Shown here in pieces: positions 1-9,916 of a DNA stretch of 64,000 nucleotides (positions within the stretch are counted from its first letter, which is position 1; every line of letters starts with the position of its first letter). This DNA is from Bacteroidota bacterium (GTDB lineage Bacteria > Bacteroidota > Bacteroidia > Bacteroidales > Tenuifilaceae). Under the pieces are notes generated by a model. That model was not told the DNA's origin, made no database searches, and saw only the letters and a list, made by a program, of their open reading frames with translations. Both the position numbers and the translations under genes were made by a program. The stretch spans positions 4,909 to 68,908 of the forward strand of contig JBFMGQ010000013.1 in assembly GCA_040752515.1 (NCBI GenBank), in the 5' to 3' direction.

Positions 1-11
1 ATTATACTAAT

Positions 12-2510
12 ATGATGAATTTACGCAACCTGCTGCTGGCCATGTTAATTGTATTTTCCGCCGCAGCGCAGCAACCCACAGGGTTCAGCTACCAGGCCGT
101 GCTCCGCAACAGCAGCGGGCAGGTGCTGGCCAACCAGAGCGTAATGGTAAAGCTGAGCATATCCAGCTCCGACGGCTCCACCACCCACTACGCTGAGAGC
201 CACAGCGCGAGCACCAACCAGTTTGGTTTAATAAATCTTGTGGTAGGCGGGGGAACTGTTCTCTCAGGCAGTTTAGCGGCCATCCCCTGGGCCTCAGGGC
301 AGCAGAGCCTGAAGGTGGAGGTAAGCACCGATGGGGGTTCCACTTTCAGTAACCTGGGGAGCCAGCCAATCCATGGCGCACCCTTCACCACGTACTCTGA
401 TAGTGCAAGGGCATCGTACCAATCGGCTCAGAGCGCCACCTCGCAGTACGCTGAAAGTGCAGCGCAGGCAGTGTACTCCGACAGCGCAAGGGTATCGTAC
501 AGTTCCTACCAGAGCTCAGTGTCGCAGTACGCTGACTCAGCAGCCCGGGCAGGCTACGCCGATAGCATAAACTTGAGCTTCACCAAGAACCTGGTGGTGC
601 TTGGCAACGAGCCCTCCAACCCCGATGACCCGATCTTTGAGGTGAAGAACAGCAAGGGCGAGGTGCTCTTTGGGGTTTACCAGGAGGGGGTTCGGATAAA
701 CATCCCCGACAGCGCCATAACCAAGGGGGCCAAGGGGGGCTTTGCCGTGGGCGGGCTCACCAACCAGACCAAGGGAGGCCCGGTGGAGTACCTGCGCATA
801 ACCCCCGACAGTGCAAGGGTTTACGTTAAGCAGAAGGCCTGGAAAGGCGCCAAGGGCGGCTTTGCGGTGGGAGGGTTAACCAACCAAACCAAAACGGTGG
901 TTGCTCAGGATTTACTTTTTGTTAACCCCGATTCGGCCAGAATTTACGTCAATGAAAACCCTGGAAAGGGTGCTAAGGGTGGGTTTGCCGTGGGCGGACT
1001 TACCAATGGAAAAGGTAATGCGCAGCTTATTCAGCTAACCAAGGATAACTATCTGATAGGTTACGAAGCAGGAGCAAACATTACTACCGGGCAGTTTAAC
1101 TCCTTTTTAGGATTTCAGGCCGGTAAAGCAAACACAACAGGGAATTGGAATACTTTCCTTGGCTATCAGACAGGATTAAATAATATCGGTAGCGATAACA
1201 CATTCATTGGCTATCAGGCAGGTATGCTTCATCAGTTTGGAGGTGGTAATGTTTATTTAGGAAGCAAAGCTGGTGGTAATGCACTAAATGGGGTACAAAA
1301 TATTGCTATTGGGGAACAATCAGGATTTAGTACAACTTCAGGATTTAAAAACATCTTCATAGGCTATATGGCCGGATACAGCAACACCTCTGGCTACAGT
1401 AATATATTTATAGGGAATGAGTCTGGTAAAAGTAATACCGATGGAAACCGAAATATGTTTTTCGGAAACGGTTCAGGCTTTTCAAATACTTCTGGTTTTG
1501 GTAATACATTTTTTGGTTTGGAGAGTGGCTACTATAATGTGAATGGTTTCAGAAACCTATTTCTAGGTTATCGGTCAGGTTACAAGAATGTAGATGGTTC
1601 TGACAACTCGTTTCTTGGCGATATGGCAGGTTCTAGCAATACATCAGGAAATGAAAATACTTTTGTGGGTCAGGCATCAGGAGCCTCCAACGAAACAGGA
1701 AGAGATAATACCTTTTTGGGCTCCAATGTTGGTCGAGGAAATGTTTCTGGGTCTAGCAACGTAATGGTGGGTCGTTTTTCGGGGTACAATATCAATGGCA
1801 ATTACAACACCTTTATTGGTACCCAAAGTGCCGCAAATTTTAACACAGGCCCTTTTATTGCAAGTAGCAATGTTTGTATTGGTTACTCGAGCGGAACAGG
1901 ATTAACCAATGGCTTCTACAATATTTTTATCGGACAACAAACCGGAACTAATAACGGTTTCGCAAATGTTATCATTGGGCATCAGGCCGGACTAAACAGT
2001 TCAGGGAATAGCAATGTTTTTATTGGATTTAGGGCTGGTTTTTCCGAGACTAAAAGCAACAGGCTCTACATTGCCAATTCGGAAAGCGATTCAACCCAAG
2101 CTTTAATTTATGGGAGATTTGATAGTAAAGAAATTGCTCTTAATGCCCGAGTTGGAATAGGAACAACAATTCCTGATAAGCAGTTACATGTAGTAGGTGA
2201 TGCCAGAATAACAGGTGATATTTACTATGGAACAGAAGCAGAAAAATACATCAAACCCGATTATGTGTTTAAACCCTCGTACCCCATGCGCCTCGATCCT
2301 CTTGAAGTTGAACATTTTATTGCTCGGAATGGGCACCTACCATGGTTAACCAAAGCCTCAGACGAAAAGGATGGTGTTAACCTTACCCGCATGCAATTCG
2401 AAACAGTCGAAACCGTTGAAAACCTCCAACTACAAATCATTCAACAACAAAAGGAGATAGAATCTCTAAAAGCCGAAGTTGAGGCTTTAAGGAAACTAAT
2501 AAAGCGATAG
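12..2510 (+). CDS. Secreted repeat-rich trimeric adhesin/tail-fibre-like protein with a C-terminal PDYVF...HLP chaperone-like domain and coiled coil
   Basis: Signal peptide; 27-aa Ser/Ala stalk repeats; 3x KGAKGGFAVGGLTN; many 14-aa N(T/V)F(I/L)GxxAG repeats; C-terminal IKPDYVF...NGHLPW plus QQQKEIESLKAEVEAL, resembling Bacteroidetes tail-fibre/S74-like domains. Confidence 0.6.
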   Translation: MMNLRNLLLAMLIVFSAAAQQPTGFSYQAVLRNSSGQVLANQSVMVKLSISSSDGSTTHYAESHSASTNQFGLINLVVGGGTVLSGSLAAIPWASGQQSLKVEVSTDGGSTFSNLGSQPIHGAPFTTYSDSARASYQSAQSATSQYAESAAQAVYSDSARVSYSSYQSSVSQYADSAARAGYADSINLSFTKNLVVLGNEPSNPDDPIFEVKNSKGEVLFGVYQEGVRINIPDSAITKGAKGGFAVGGLTNQTKGGPVEYLRITPDSARVYVKQKAWKGAKGGFAVGGLTNQTKTVVAQDLLFVNPDSARIYVNENPGKGAKGGFAVGGLTNGKGNAQLIQLTKDNYLIGYEAGANITTGQFNSFLGFQAGKANTTGNWNTFLGYQTGLNNIGSDNTFIGYQAGMLHQFGGGNVYLGSKAGGNALNGVQNIAIGEQSGFSTTSGFKNIFIGYMAGYSNTSGYSNIFIGNESGKSNTDGNRNMFFGNGSGFSNTSGFGNTFFGLESGYYNVNGFRNLFLGYRSGYKNVDGSDNSFLGDMAGSSNTSGNENTFVGQASGASNETGRDNTFLGSNVGRGNVSGSSNVMVGRFSGYNINGNYNTFIGTQSAANFNTGPFIASSNVCIGYSSGTGLTNGFYNIFIGQQTGTNNGFANVIIGHQAGLNSSGNSNVFIGFRAGFSETKSNRLYIANSESDSTQALIYGRFDSKEIALNARVGIGTTIPDKQLHVVGDARITGDIYYGTEAEKYIKPDYVFKPSYPMRLDPLEVEHFIARNGHLPWLTKASDEKDGVNLTRMQFETVETVENLQLQIIQQQKEIESLKAEVEALRKLIKR
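393..566 (+). repeat. Intragenic 81-bp (27-aa) tandem repeat, ~2.1 copies
   Basis: YSDSAR/YSDSAR/YADS codons start at 393, 474 and 555. Confidence 0.8.
723..1007 (+). repeat. Three ~40-aa modules containing KGAKGGFAVGGLTN
   Basis: Motif starts at 723, 843 and 966, with PDSARxYV between copies. Confidence 0.85.
1044..2039 (+). repeat. Array of 14-aa Gly/Asn-rich beta-roll-like repeats (N-x-F-I/L-G-x-x-A/S-G)
   Basis: Visible in the translation from DNYLIGYEAG to SNVFIGFRAG. Confidence 0.8.
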
Positions 2511-2526
2511 CTATTACTTTTTGCAC

Positions 2527-2556
2527 AAAAAAGCTGGTATTGAACCAGCTTTTTTT
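2527..2556 (+). terminator. Intrinsic terminator
   Basis: aaaaaagctgg-tattgaa-ccagcttttttt just after the stop codon. Confidence 0.85.
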
Positions 2557-2695
2557 GTTTGAAAATCGTAATTTTGTTTTACTATAGATTGTTATTTCTT
2601 AAAATTTGTAATATTCAGTTGGTTATTCTCCAAAAATATTGACTGATTAAACGTTTTTTTAATATATTTATCGAATAATAGAATAGCGGTTTGGC

Positions 2696-5600
2696 ATGAA
2701 AAAACTACTGTTTCTTGCGCTTTTAGCATTAATGGCATTTCAGGCGAATACCCAGACTTTCAACAGGTTTGGCTATCCGCTCATTACTAACTATACCCCT
2801 GAGGTATATGGCGGGAACGAGCAGGTTTGGTGTGTAACCCAGGACAACAGAGGGGTAATGTACTTTGGTACAAACGATAACGGAATTCTGGAGTATGACG
2901 GAAAAACCTGGACCATCATAACAATTCCCGAAAACAAATCGGTACGTTCACTCTGCAAGGGCGATGATGGGGTTATATATGTTGGCTCAACTGGCGAGTT
3001 TGGTTATCTTGAACCCGATAACTCCGGAAAACTTCATTACACCTCACTTTTAAATTTAGTTCCTGATAGTGTTCGTAGTAATCTTTCATATATCTATAAA
3101 ACCTACTGGCACGATGGTAAGGTTTACTTCTGTTCTCTTTCGTATGTTTTTATTTACAATGGCAAAACAGTTAAATCCATATCGTTGGGTAAGCAGTCGG
3201 AGTATGCTAATTTCTTTACCTTAGAGGCTAATAATAGATTCTATGTCAACAGCTACCTTAAGGGTTTAAGAACTTTTATAAATGACTCCACCCTAAGTCT
3301 TCTTCCCGAGGGGCAGGCTTTCATTCAAAAAAATGTATTTTCAATAGTAGGCTTAAGCTCAAACACAATCCTACTATTTACCGATGTTGGGTTTTATACC
3401 TTTACAAATGGCAAAGTCGAGAGCGTTGATACTCCCACCCGGCTTGCCAAAAGAATGGCCAATGAGTCTGCAATCCCCTACAGTGCCATTAAACTCAATG
3501 ATGGGAATATAGCCATTGGTGTTGTTCAATCTGACTGGCTTGGGGTTGTAGAGTTATCGCCCGATATGAAACCAATTGCCTTGGTAAACAAGGGAATAGG
3601 TATGCATGCCGGACAGGTATCAGAAGTGTTTCAAAATGGCGATGCCCCCCTTTGGGCTACGCTTTACGATGGAGGCATTGCTAAGGTTGAGTTAAACTCT
3701 GCCATTGGAAAATTTGGACAAGAGAGCGGCTTATCGGAGATTATTATCGACATTGTAAGATTTAATAATACTATTTACCTTGCTACTTTCAACGGGGTTT
3801 TTTACTTAACCTACGACAGCAAGGGAGTTCCCAAGTTTATACCTGTAGATGGTATTAATGGGAATGTATGGGCGCTAACTATTTTTTCACCACCCAATGC
3901 CCCCAAAATGCTTCTTGCGGGAAGTTACACCGATGGTGTTTTTGAAATAAAGGGTAGTAAAGCCATAAATATAAGCACTCCTCTAATTGAACGTCTTGGA
4001 TTATCGCAACAGATTCAGCATAAATGCTTTGCTTTGTACCCTTCAAAATATAAACCAGGTAGATTATACATTGGGCTAGATTCAGGCGTTGCGTTTATGG
4101 ATTGGGTAAACGGCGAATGGAAAAACACTGATAACTTATTTCGCGATTCCATTCGTTTTGAGATACGCTCAATTATTGAAGACAGTAAAGGGAACCTTTG
4201 GCTTGCTTCAGGTTCTTCCGGTTTATATATGGTTACCCCAAATTTTGACAGAGTCCTGACCTTCGGAAAGGAAAGCATACCTGGCTTAGAGAACCTTCAG
4301 TATATCAATCTATTATTTGATGGCGATTCACTAAACATACTTACTGCTAATGGTATTTACCACTTTAACTATAACAGCAACCTCTTTCAACCTGGGGGGT
4401 TAGTAAATAGTGCTTTTTCAAAGCGTTTTGGGATTTATAAAGCTACAAAGGTCTCCAATGGTTATGCCTTCCTATGCTACGATAGTAACAATAAGAATTG
4501 GATTGAACGAGTTGTTAAGGATTCTGCTGGGAACTGGGTAACTGACAGCCGCGATCTAAAGCGACTTCCCAATAAATGGGCCGATGCGATATATGCTGAT
4601 CCTGATGGAACCCTTTGGATTGGCATGTCAAAAGAACTTTACGTTTACAATCCTCATGTAAAACGAAGTTTTAACGCTCCATTCCGTGCCGTAATTCGCG
4701 AAGTGGTATCAAAGGATTCATTACTTTTCGGTGGAGCCTTTTATACTCAAGGGGATTCCTCGGTTCGAAAATTATCGTTAGAGCAACAACCCTACCAAAT
4801 GCCGCGATTGGGTTACCACTATAATGCCATGGTGTTTACCTTTGCCGCCCCCTATTTTGAACGCGAGGAGGATATTGTTTACAGCCATTACCTTGAAGGG
4901 TCGGACGAAACGACATGGAGCCCCTGGGATAAACGCACCGAGGCCACCTATACTAACCTTAGCGAGGGCAAATATACTTTCCATGTAAAAGCTAAAAATA
5001 TTTATGGCGACGAAAGCGTTGAGGCAACCTATTCCTTCGAGATTCGTCCGCCATGGTACCGAACTATTTGGGCATTCATGCTTTACTTTATCCTCTTTGT
5101 ATTCTTGGTTTGGGGAATAGTAAAGTGGAACACCCGCCGACTAATTGCCGAAAAAGAGCGCCTTGAGCAGATTGTTCGTGAGCGCACAGCCGAGGTTGTT
5201 GCCCAAAAGGAAGAAATTGAACAGCAAAAGGAAAAGATTGCTGCCCAAAACGAGGAAATAACCAGCAGTATTCAGTACGCCAGCCGTATCCAATCGGCTT
5301 TGCTTACCCCTACCGATCAGGTTAATAGAATTTTCCCTGAGAACTTTATCCTTTACCTGCCTCGCGATATAGTTAGTGGCGATTTTTACTATATCACACA
5401 GGTAGGGAAATTGAAAATTTCAGTTGTGGCCGATTGTACCGGGCATGGTGTTCCAGGCGGGTTCATGAGTATGCTTGGTATATCGTTCCTAACCCAAATC
5501 ATTGGCACAAAAACCGACTTAAAAGCTAATGAGGTACTCAATGAACTTAGAACATTGGTTATAACCGCATTGCATCAAACCGGTGAGATTGGCGGTAGTA

Positions 5601-6010
5601 AGGATGGTATGGACATTGCCATATATATTATTGACGAGGAAACCCAAACCCTTCAGTTTGCCGGAGCAAACAATCCTCTTATTCTGATTCGGAATAATGA
5701 GTTGACCCACATCAAAGGCGATAAGATGCCTATTGGTATCCACCTCCGTGGCGAGTTGTCGTTTACCAATAACGTGATACAAATCCAGAAAGGTGATGTA
5801 ATCTATACATTCTCCGACGGGTATGTCGATCAGTTTGGCGGTGGCGATGGTCGTAAGTTTATGATTAAACACTTTAAGGAGCTGCTCCTCGAAATCCACC
5901 AGAAACCAATGAGTGAGCAAAAAATCATTCTTGATGAAACATTACGGAATTGGCATGGCGATACCCCAAGAATAGATGACGTTGTGGTTATGGGTGTACG
6001 GATTGTTTAA
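2696..6010 (+). CDS. Membrane sensor phosphatase: periplasmic beta-propeller + Y_Y_Y + TM + coiled coil + SpoIIE/PP2C (SiaA-like output domain)
   Basis: Propeller repeats (CVTQDNRGVMYFGT), YTNLSEGKYTFHVKA, PPWY+TM, PRDIVSGDFY, DCTGHGVPG, DGMD, SDGYVDQFGG, RIDD. Confidence 0.9.
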   Translation: MKKLLFLALLALMAFQANTQTFNRFGYPLITNYTPEVYGGNEQVWCVTQDNRGVMYFGTNDNGILEYDGKTWTIITIPENKSVRSLCKGDDGVIYVGSTGEFGYLEPDNSGKLHYTSLLNLVPDSVRSNLSYIYKTYWHDGKVYFCSLSYVFIYNGKTVKSISLGKQSEYANFFTLEANNRFYVNSYLKGLRTFINDSTLSLLPEGQAFIQKNVFSIVGLSSNTILLFTDVGFYTFTNGKVESVDTPTRLAKRMANESAIPYSAIKLNDGNIAIGVVQSDWLGVVELSPDMKPIALVNKGIGMHAGQVSEVFQNGDAPLWATLYDGGIAKVELNSAIGKFGQESGLSEIIIDIVRFNNTIYLATFNGVFYLTYDSKGVPKFIPVDGINGNVWALTIFSPPNAPKMLLAGSYTDGVFEIKGSKAINISTPLIERLGLSQQIQHKCFALYPSKYKPGRLYIGLDSGVAFMDWVNGEWKNTDNLFRDSIRFEIRSIIEDSKGNLWLASGSSGLYMVTPNFDRVLTFGKESIPGLENLQYINLLFDGDSLNILTANGIYHFNYNSNLFQPGGLVNSAFSKRFGIYKATKVSNGYAFLCYDSNNKNWIERVVKDSAGNWVTDSRDLKRLPNKWADAIYADPDGTLWIGMSKELYVYNPHVKRSFNAPFRAVIREVVSKDSLLFGGAFYTQGDSSVRKLSLEQQPYQMPRLGYHYNAMVFTFAAPYFEREEDIVYSHYLEGSDETTWSPWDKRTEATYTNLSEGKYTFHVKAKNIYGDESVEATYSFEIRPPWYRTIWAFMLYFILFVFLVWGIVKWNTRRLIAEKERLEQIVRERTAEVVAQKEEIEQQKEKIAAQNEEITSSIQYASRIQSALLTPTDQVNRIFPENFILYLPRDIVSGDFYYITQVGKLKISVVADCTGHGVPGGFMSMLGISFLTQIIGTKTDLKANEVLNELRTLVITALHQTGEIGGSKDGMDIAIYIIDEETQTLQFAGANNPLILIRNNELTHIKGDKMPIGIHLRGELSFTNNVIQIQKGDVIYTFSDGYVDQFGGGDGRKFMIKHFKELLLEIHQKPMSEQKIILDETLRNWHGDTPRIDDVVVMGVRIV

Positions 6011-8529
6011 TCGGTCAGATTTTCTATTACCTCCTCCACTTCACTTATAAAGCCCTTGATTCTTCGGTTTAACCTTTCCATGTATAGGCTGGCCGCCTTG
6101 TGCTTGTCGGGGGGAAGCGTTTCGATTCGTTGAAGGATACTGGCAATATCGTAAATCCTAAACTGGTTAAAAGCCGATTTCATCTTATGGGCAACAGCCG
6201 ATGCCTTCTTAATATTCTTGCTTTTGATATGTTGATTTAGCTCTTCAATGTTCTTTCGGGTATTATCAAGTAACGATTCCAGAATTAGCTTAACGGATTC
6301 TTTATTCCCTCCAGTAAACCTGTATAGCTCATCAATATCAAATTTATCTGAAGCTGTGGATTTATCCTTTTTATCGGACATATCGTTTGGTGTAATACCT
6401 ATAACCGGGCTAAGAAGTCGCAAAAGGTCAATTTCGGTAAAGGGCTTGATTAGATACCCTGAGAATCCCATATTGCTGAAATGTTCAGGATTATCAACCA
6501 TATCGTTTGCCGTAATGGCAAAAACCGGAATGGCATAGCCGGCATTTTCAATGAGCTGAACAACCTCATAGCCCGACACCTCTGGCATTTGAATGTCGGT
6601 TATCACAGCATCGTACCTTTTTGCATTTAAATGGTCGACCAGATTCCTGGCGTCGCCAATGGTATCAACCTGTAAACCAATATTATTGGCTATTTCGCTT
6701 ATAATAAGGCGGTTAACCTCATCATCATCAATAATTAAAATGGTTGTTCCAGGTTTTATTCTGTAATGGTTTTCTAGTTCCGAATCGGCTGCTTGCATTT
6801 CTCTTATACTATATGGGATTACCACCCTAATTATGGTGCCTTCGTTTGGCTCGCTGGTAAGCGAAATTTCACCACCCTGCAGTTCAACTAACTTTTTAAC
6901 AATGGTTAGCCCTAATCCTGTGCCCCCAAACCTGCGCGATATTCCACTATCGGCTTGGGTGAACTCCTCAAATATTTGCGATTGCATTTCGGGCGGGATG
7001 CCAATACCTGTGTCGGCAACAGTGAATTGGATTTTAACCGATTCATCGGTTTTTCGAAGCACAGCAGCCGATATAATAATGCTACCCTGATTGGTGAACT
7101 TAATGGCATTGCTAAGTAGGTTAATAAGCACTTGTCTTAGCCTAAAATCGTCGCCTGTTACATATTCGGGTAACGACTGGTCGATATTCGGAAGGACATG
7201 AAGTTCCTTTTCGGTTGCTTTAAGCTCAAAAAGCTTAACCACATCGTCAACCACATCGCGTGGCGAAAATACTCTACTTTCCAGTCGAAGTTTTCCGGTG
7301 GCCAACTTTGAGTAATCCAAAATATCGTTTATAACCGCCATTAAGTGGTTCGATGAGTTGCCTAGCACGTCAACGTATTCTTTTTGCTTGTTGCTCAATT
7401 CCGTTTTTGCTAGCTGACGCGAAATACCTACGATAGCGCTCAATGGCGAACGGATCTCATGGCTCATGTTGGCAAGGAATTGCTCTTTCAACCGCAGCAG
7501 ATTCTCGGCATACTGTTTGGCTTCAATAAGCTGTGCATTGTATGTAGTATTGCGCGATATATCACGCATGATTATGGCCAAAAGTATAACCAGCGCAATA
7601 AATGTAATGGTACCGAGCAGTAGTATTTTGAGTAATGTTTTTGCCAAAACCTCTTGAACGGTTAGGGATTGGGTGATATACTCTGCCTGTTCCTGTTTCT
7701 CGATGCTTGAAACAATAAGTTGAACTTGATTTAGAATGGCCCTGTTCCTGTTAAGCAGCTCTTTCTCCTTTTCGTCGAGCAGCTTAAGCTGATTCTGTTG
7801 ATCGGCTCTAATATTGTCCAGTATGAGTAAAAGTCTTTGGATAATTGAGTCCGATATGTATGAGATATTCGGAATGGTATCGTACGAGTACTCAATTAGA
7901 GTGTCGGTTTTTATGGTATCAATTTTTTCAGGGCCAAGGAAAAAACGCTTGATTCTGGTGGACATCGATGCATTATCGTTTTTTTTGTAGATAACCGTGT
8001 CCCGTTTTAGCTGGGTTACCGTTTTTTGTTTGTAGATCTGGTTATAGCGTTGAGTCTCCGATCCTGCCTTGGCAATTCGTTGCATTGCTTTGTCATAAAA
8101 AATACTTGTGCTAATAATTTGTCGCATCTGGAGTATTTCGCCTTCAATTTCCCTTTTGTTTTGGAGCAATTTCTCAATCTTTCTGATTGAGTTCAGCTGC
8201 GATGGGTTATTGTAGGCAAGCTTTTGAAGCGATTTTAAGGCTGCTGTTACTTTTTGGTGGTTGTTGTTATAGGTTTTAAGGTAATCGCCGTTTGATGTTA
8301 GCACATACATCCTGAAATCGCTATCCTCGGTATAGATTGATGTGATAAGCCTATTCAGCACTGTGATTTTTTGACCGGGTAGGCCAAATCCCTCTCGGGT
8401 TGTTTTAAGGTCGCTAACCCCCCGGTAGGTCATAATGATTGCCGAAACCGAGAAAATAATAATCAGCAAAAAGCCCCCAATAACCTTTGGCTTTATCCAG
8501 TAGGCACGGCTTTGTATTTTTTGGAGCAT
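6007..8529 (-). CDS. Hybrid sensor histidine kinase (periplasmic sensor, HisKA, HATPase, REC, HPt)
   Basis: FLANMSHEIRSPL, NLLSNAIKFT, DTGIGI, GGTGLGL, DIQMP and C-terminal AHKMK; the ORF is open to 8601, but ATG 8529 follows a TAACTTTG element. Confidence 0.9.
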   Translation of the reverse strand: MLQKIQSRAYWIKPKVIGGFLLIIIFSVSAIIMTYRGVSDLKTTREGFGLPGQKITVLNRLITSIYTEDSDFRMYVLTSNGDYLKTYNNNHQKVTAALKSLQKLAYNNPSQLNSIRKIEKLLQNKREIEGEILQMRQIISTSIFYDKAMQRIAKAGSETQRYNQIYKQKTVTQLKRDTVIYKKNDNASMSTRIKRFFLGPEKIDTIKTDTLIEYSYDTIPNISYISDSIIQRLLLILDNIRADQQNQLKLLDEKEKELLNRNRAILNQVQLIVSSIEKQEQAEYITQSLTVQEVLAKTLLKILLLGTITFIALVILLAIIMRDISRNTTYNAQLIEAKQYAENLLRLKEQFLANMSHEIRSPLSAIVGISRQLAKTELSNKQKEYVDVLGNSSNHLMAVINDILDYSKLATGKLRLESRVFSPRDVVDDVVKLFELKATEKELHVLPNIDQSLPEYVTGDDFRLRQVLINLLSNAIKFTNQGSIIISAAVLRKTDESVKIQFTVADTGIGIPPEMQSQIFEEFTQADSGISRRFGGTGLGLTIVKKLVELQGGEISLTSEPNEGTIIRVVIPYSIREMQAADSELENHYRIKPGTTILIIDDDEVNRLIISEIANNIGLQVDTIGDARNLVDHLNAKRYDAVITDIQMPEVSGYEVVQLIENAGYAIPVFAITANDMVDNPEHFSNMGFSGYLIKPFTEIDLLRLLSPVIGITPNDMSDKKDKSTASDKFDIDELYRFTGGNKESVKLILESLLDNTRKNIEELNQHIKSKNIKKASAVAHKMKSAFNQFRIYDIASILQRIETLPPDKHKAASLYMERLNRRIKGFISEVEEVIENLTD

Positions 8530-8547
8530 TTGATCGTAATTAACAAC

Positions 8548-8555
8548 CAAAGTTA
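8548..8555 (-). promoter_or_regulatory. Bacteroidetes sigma-A -7 element for the hybrid kinase
   Basis: Minus strand TAACTTTG matches TAnnTTTG, 19 nt upstream of the ATG. Confidence 0.55.
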
Positions 8556-8716
8556 AGCCCAAATTTGTCAATTGAAAAAAAATTGACAAATCGACCATCA
8601 AAATCTTTCAATCCGAAACTTCGGCGCTAAAGATTTTGATAAGTCTGGATTACCTCCGATAAGTCAATAGAAACAAGGTATTTAATTTTTTTTGTGTTTC
8701 TATTGACTAATCTCGG
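8550..8716 (-). repeat. ~165-bp palindrome-rich intergenic element, copy 1 (second copy at 50170-50334, +)
   Basis: The reverse complement aligns collinearly with 50170-50334; contains three inverted repeats. Confidence 0.85.
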
Positions 8717-8747
8717 TTTAAAAAAACTAGTCTTTGATTTTGGCAAC

Positions 8748-8771
8748 AAAAAAGCCGAACCACTGTTCGGC
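8748..8771 (-). terminator. Intrinsic terminator of the 8792-9916 gene
   Basis: aaaaaa-gccgaac-cact-gttcggc. Confidence 0.75.
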
Positions 8772-8791
8772 CTTTATTGAAGCCTGATTAG

Positions 8792-9916
8792 CTACCTTGA
8801 GTACCACGAAATACCTAAACTTATTGAAATAAACATTGGCGTATCGCCTACAGGGGGGAGGACAAAGAATGAGAATTTGGTTTTAGGCAAGGGAGCTAAC
8901 TTATTCATGGTTGCAGTGAAATTTGAAAACTCAAAATCTACTCCAAAACCACCAAGGTTAAAGCTGGCATTTGTGTCGCTGCTATAGTCGGTTTGCGTGG
9001 TGTTAATTGGGGCAGGAAGTGTTATGGTAGAGGCTGTTGAAACAAAATTTAGAGTGAGCGATGGTCGGTATTTAAAAGTTAGTGCAACCCCTTTCCAATT
9101 TCCGGGGTCAAGAAATTTACCAATTCCCAAAGTCCAACCTAGATTTACTGCAATAGGGTAAGAGAGCGTAAGTACTGACATATCCATGCTACCCCCACCT
9201 GAAATATTCATATCCAATTTGTAACGGTAAAGCAGAACATCCATTCCCCACCCATAAATGAAGCTGTTCCAAGTAGAAATGCCAGTCTTGTACTCAGGTA
9301 TTTTAAGGTTAAGCCAATTAGTTGCAAGAGAAACACCACCACCATAACCATCAACCCGGGTATCGAAGTCTTTCAAGTCCATGCCAAAATAGGTGCCGGT
9401 AAGCAGAACCGATTCGTTTTTAATTTTACCTCCTCTTGCCAACCACTCCTGCCTTATGGCTTCCGATTCATCAATTTTCTGAATGGTGAAACCAACTGCC
9501 TTGCCGTCTTTATCAATCTTAAAGTTAGTTTCTCCTTCTGCATTAACGGTATCAGCTTTTTGGATTACCTCTCCTACTGCCAACTCTTTCCCCTCGAGGA
9601 GTTTTAAGTAAATACCCTTGAAATCAAAACCAGTTTCAAAAACATACTTCTCGCTGGGAATTGCTCTTAATCGGTACGATTGACGAACACCACCAGCAGC
9701 AGCCTCAATCAGTAAAGGCTTGCTGTAATCGTGAGGAACAATAACTGAAATTTCGCTACCGTTTTTTAGGATGTACTCATTGTCGTTAATAATAATACGT
9801 AATTTAGCAGCCGATCCTTGAAATTTCGAAGGTCTAATGAATTTGATGGTAACACCTTCCTGTGCATTTAATGCTTGGCAGGCAAACATAATAAGCATAA
9901 ATAGTAGTTTTTTCAT
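8792..9916 (-). CDS. Hypothetical exported/outer-membrane protein (small N-terminal beta domain, beta-strand-rich C-terminus)
   Basis: Signal peptide MKKLLFMLIMFACQALNA; amphipathic strands ending ISISLGISWYSR. Confidence 0.55.
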   Translation of the reverse strand: MKKLLFMLIMFACQALNAQEGVTIKFIRPSKFQGSAAKLRIIINDNEYILKNGSEISVIVPHDYSKPLLIEAAAGGVRQSYRLRAIPSEKYVFETGFDFKGIYLKLLEGKELAVGEVIQKADTVNAEGETNFKIDKDGKAVGFTIQKIDESEAIRQEWLARGGKIKNESVLLTGTYFGMDLKDFDTRVDGYGGGVSLATNWLNLKIPEYKTGISTWNSFIYGWGMDVLLYRYKLDMNISGGGSMDMSVLTLSYPIAVNLGWTLGIGKFLDPGNWKGVALTFKYRPSLTLNFVSTASTITLPAPINTTQTDYSSDTNASFNLGGFGVDFEFSNFTATMNKLAPLPKTKFSFFVLPPVGDTPMFISISLGISWYSR

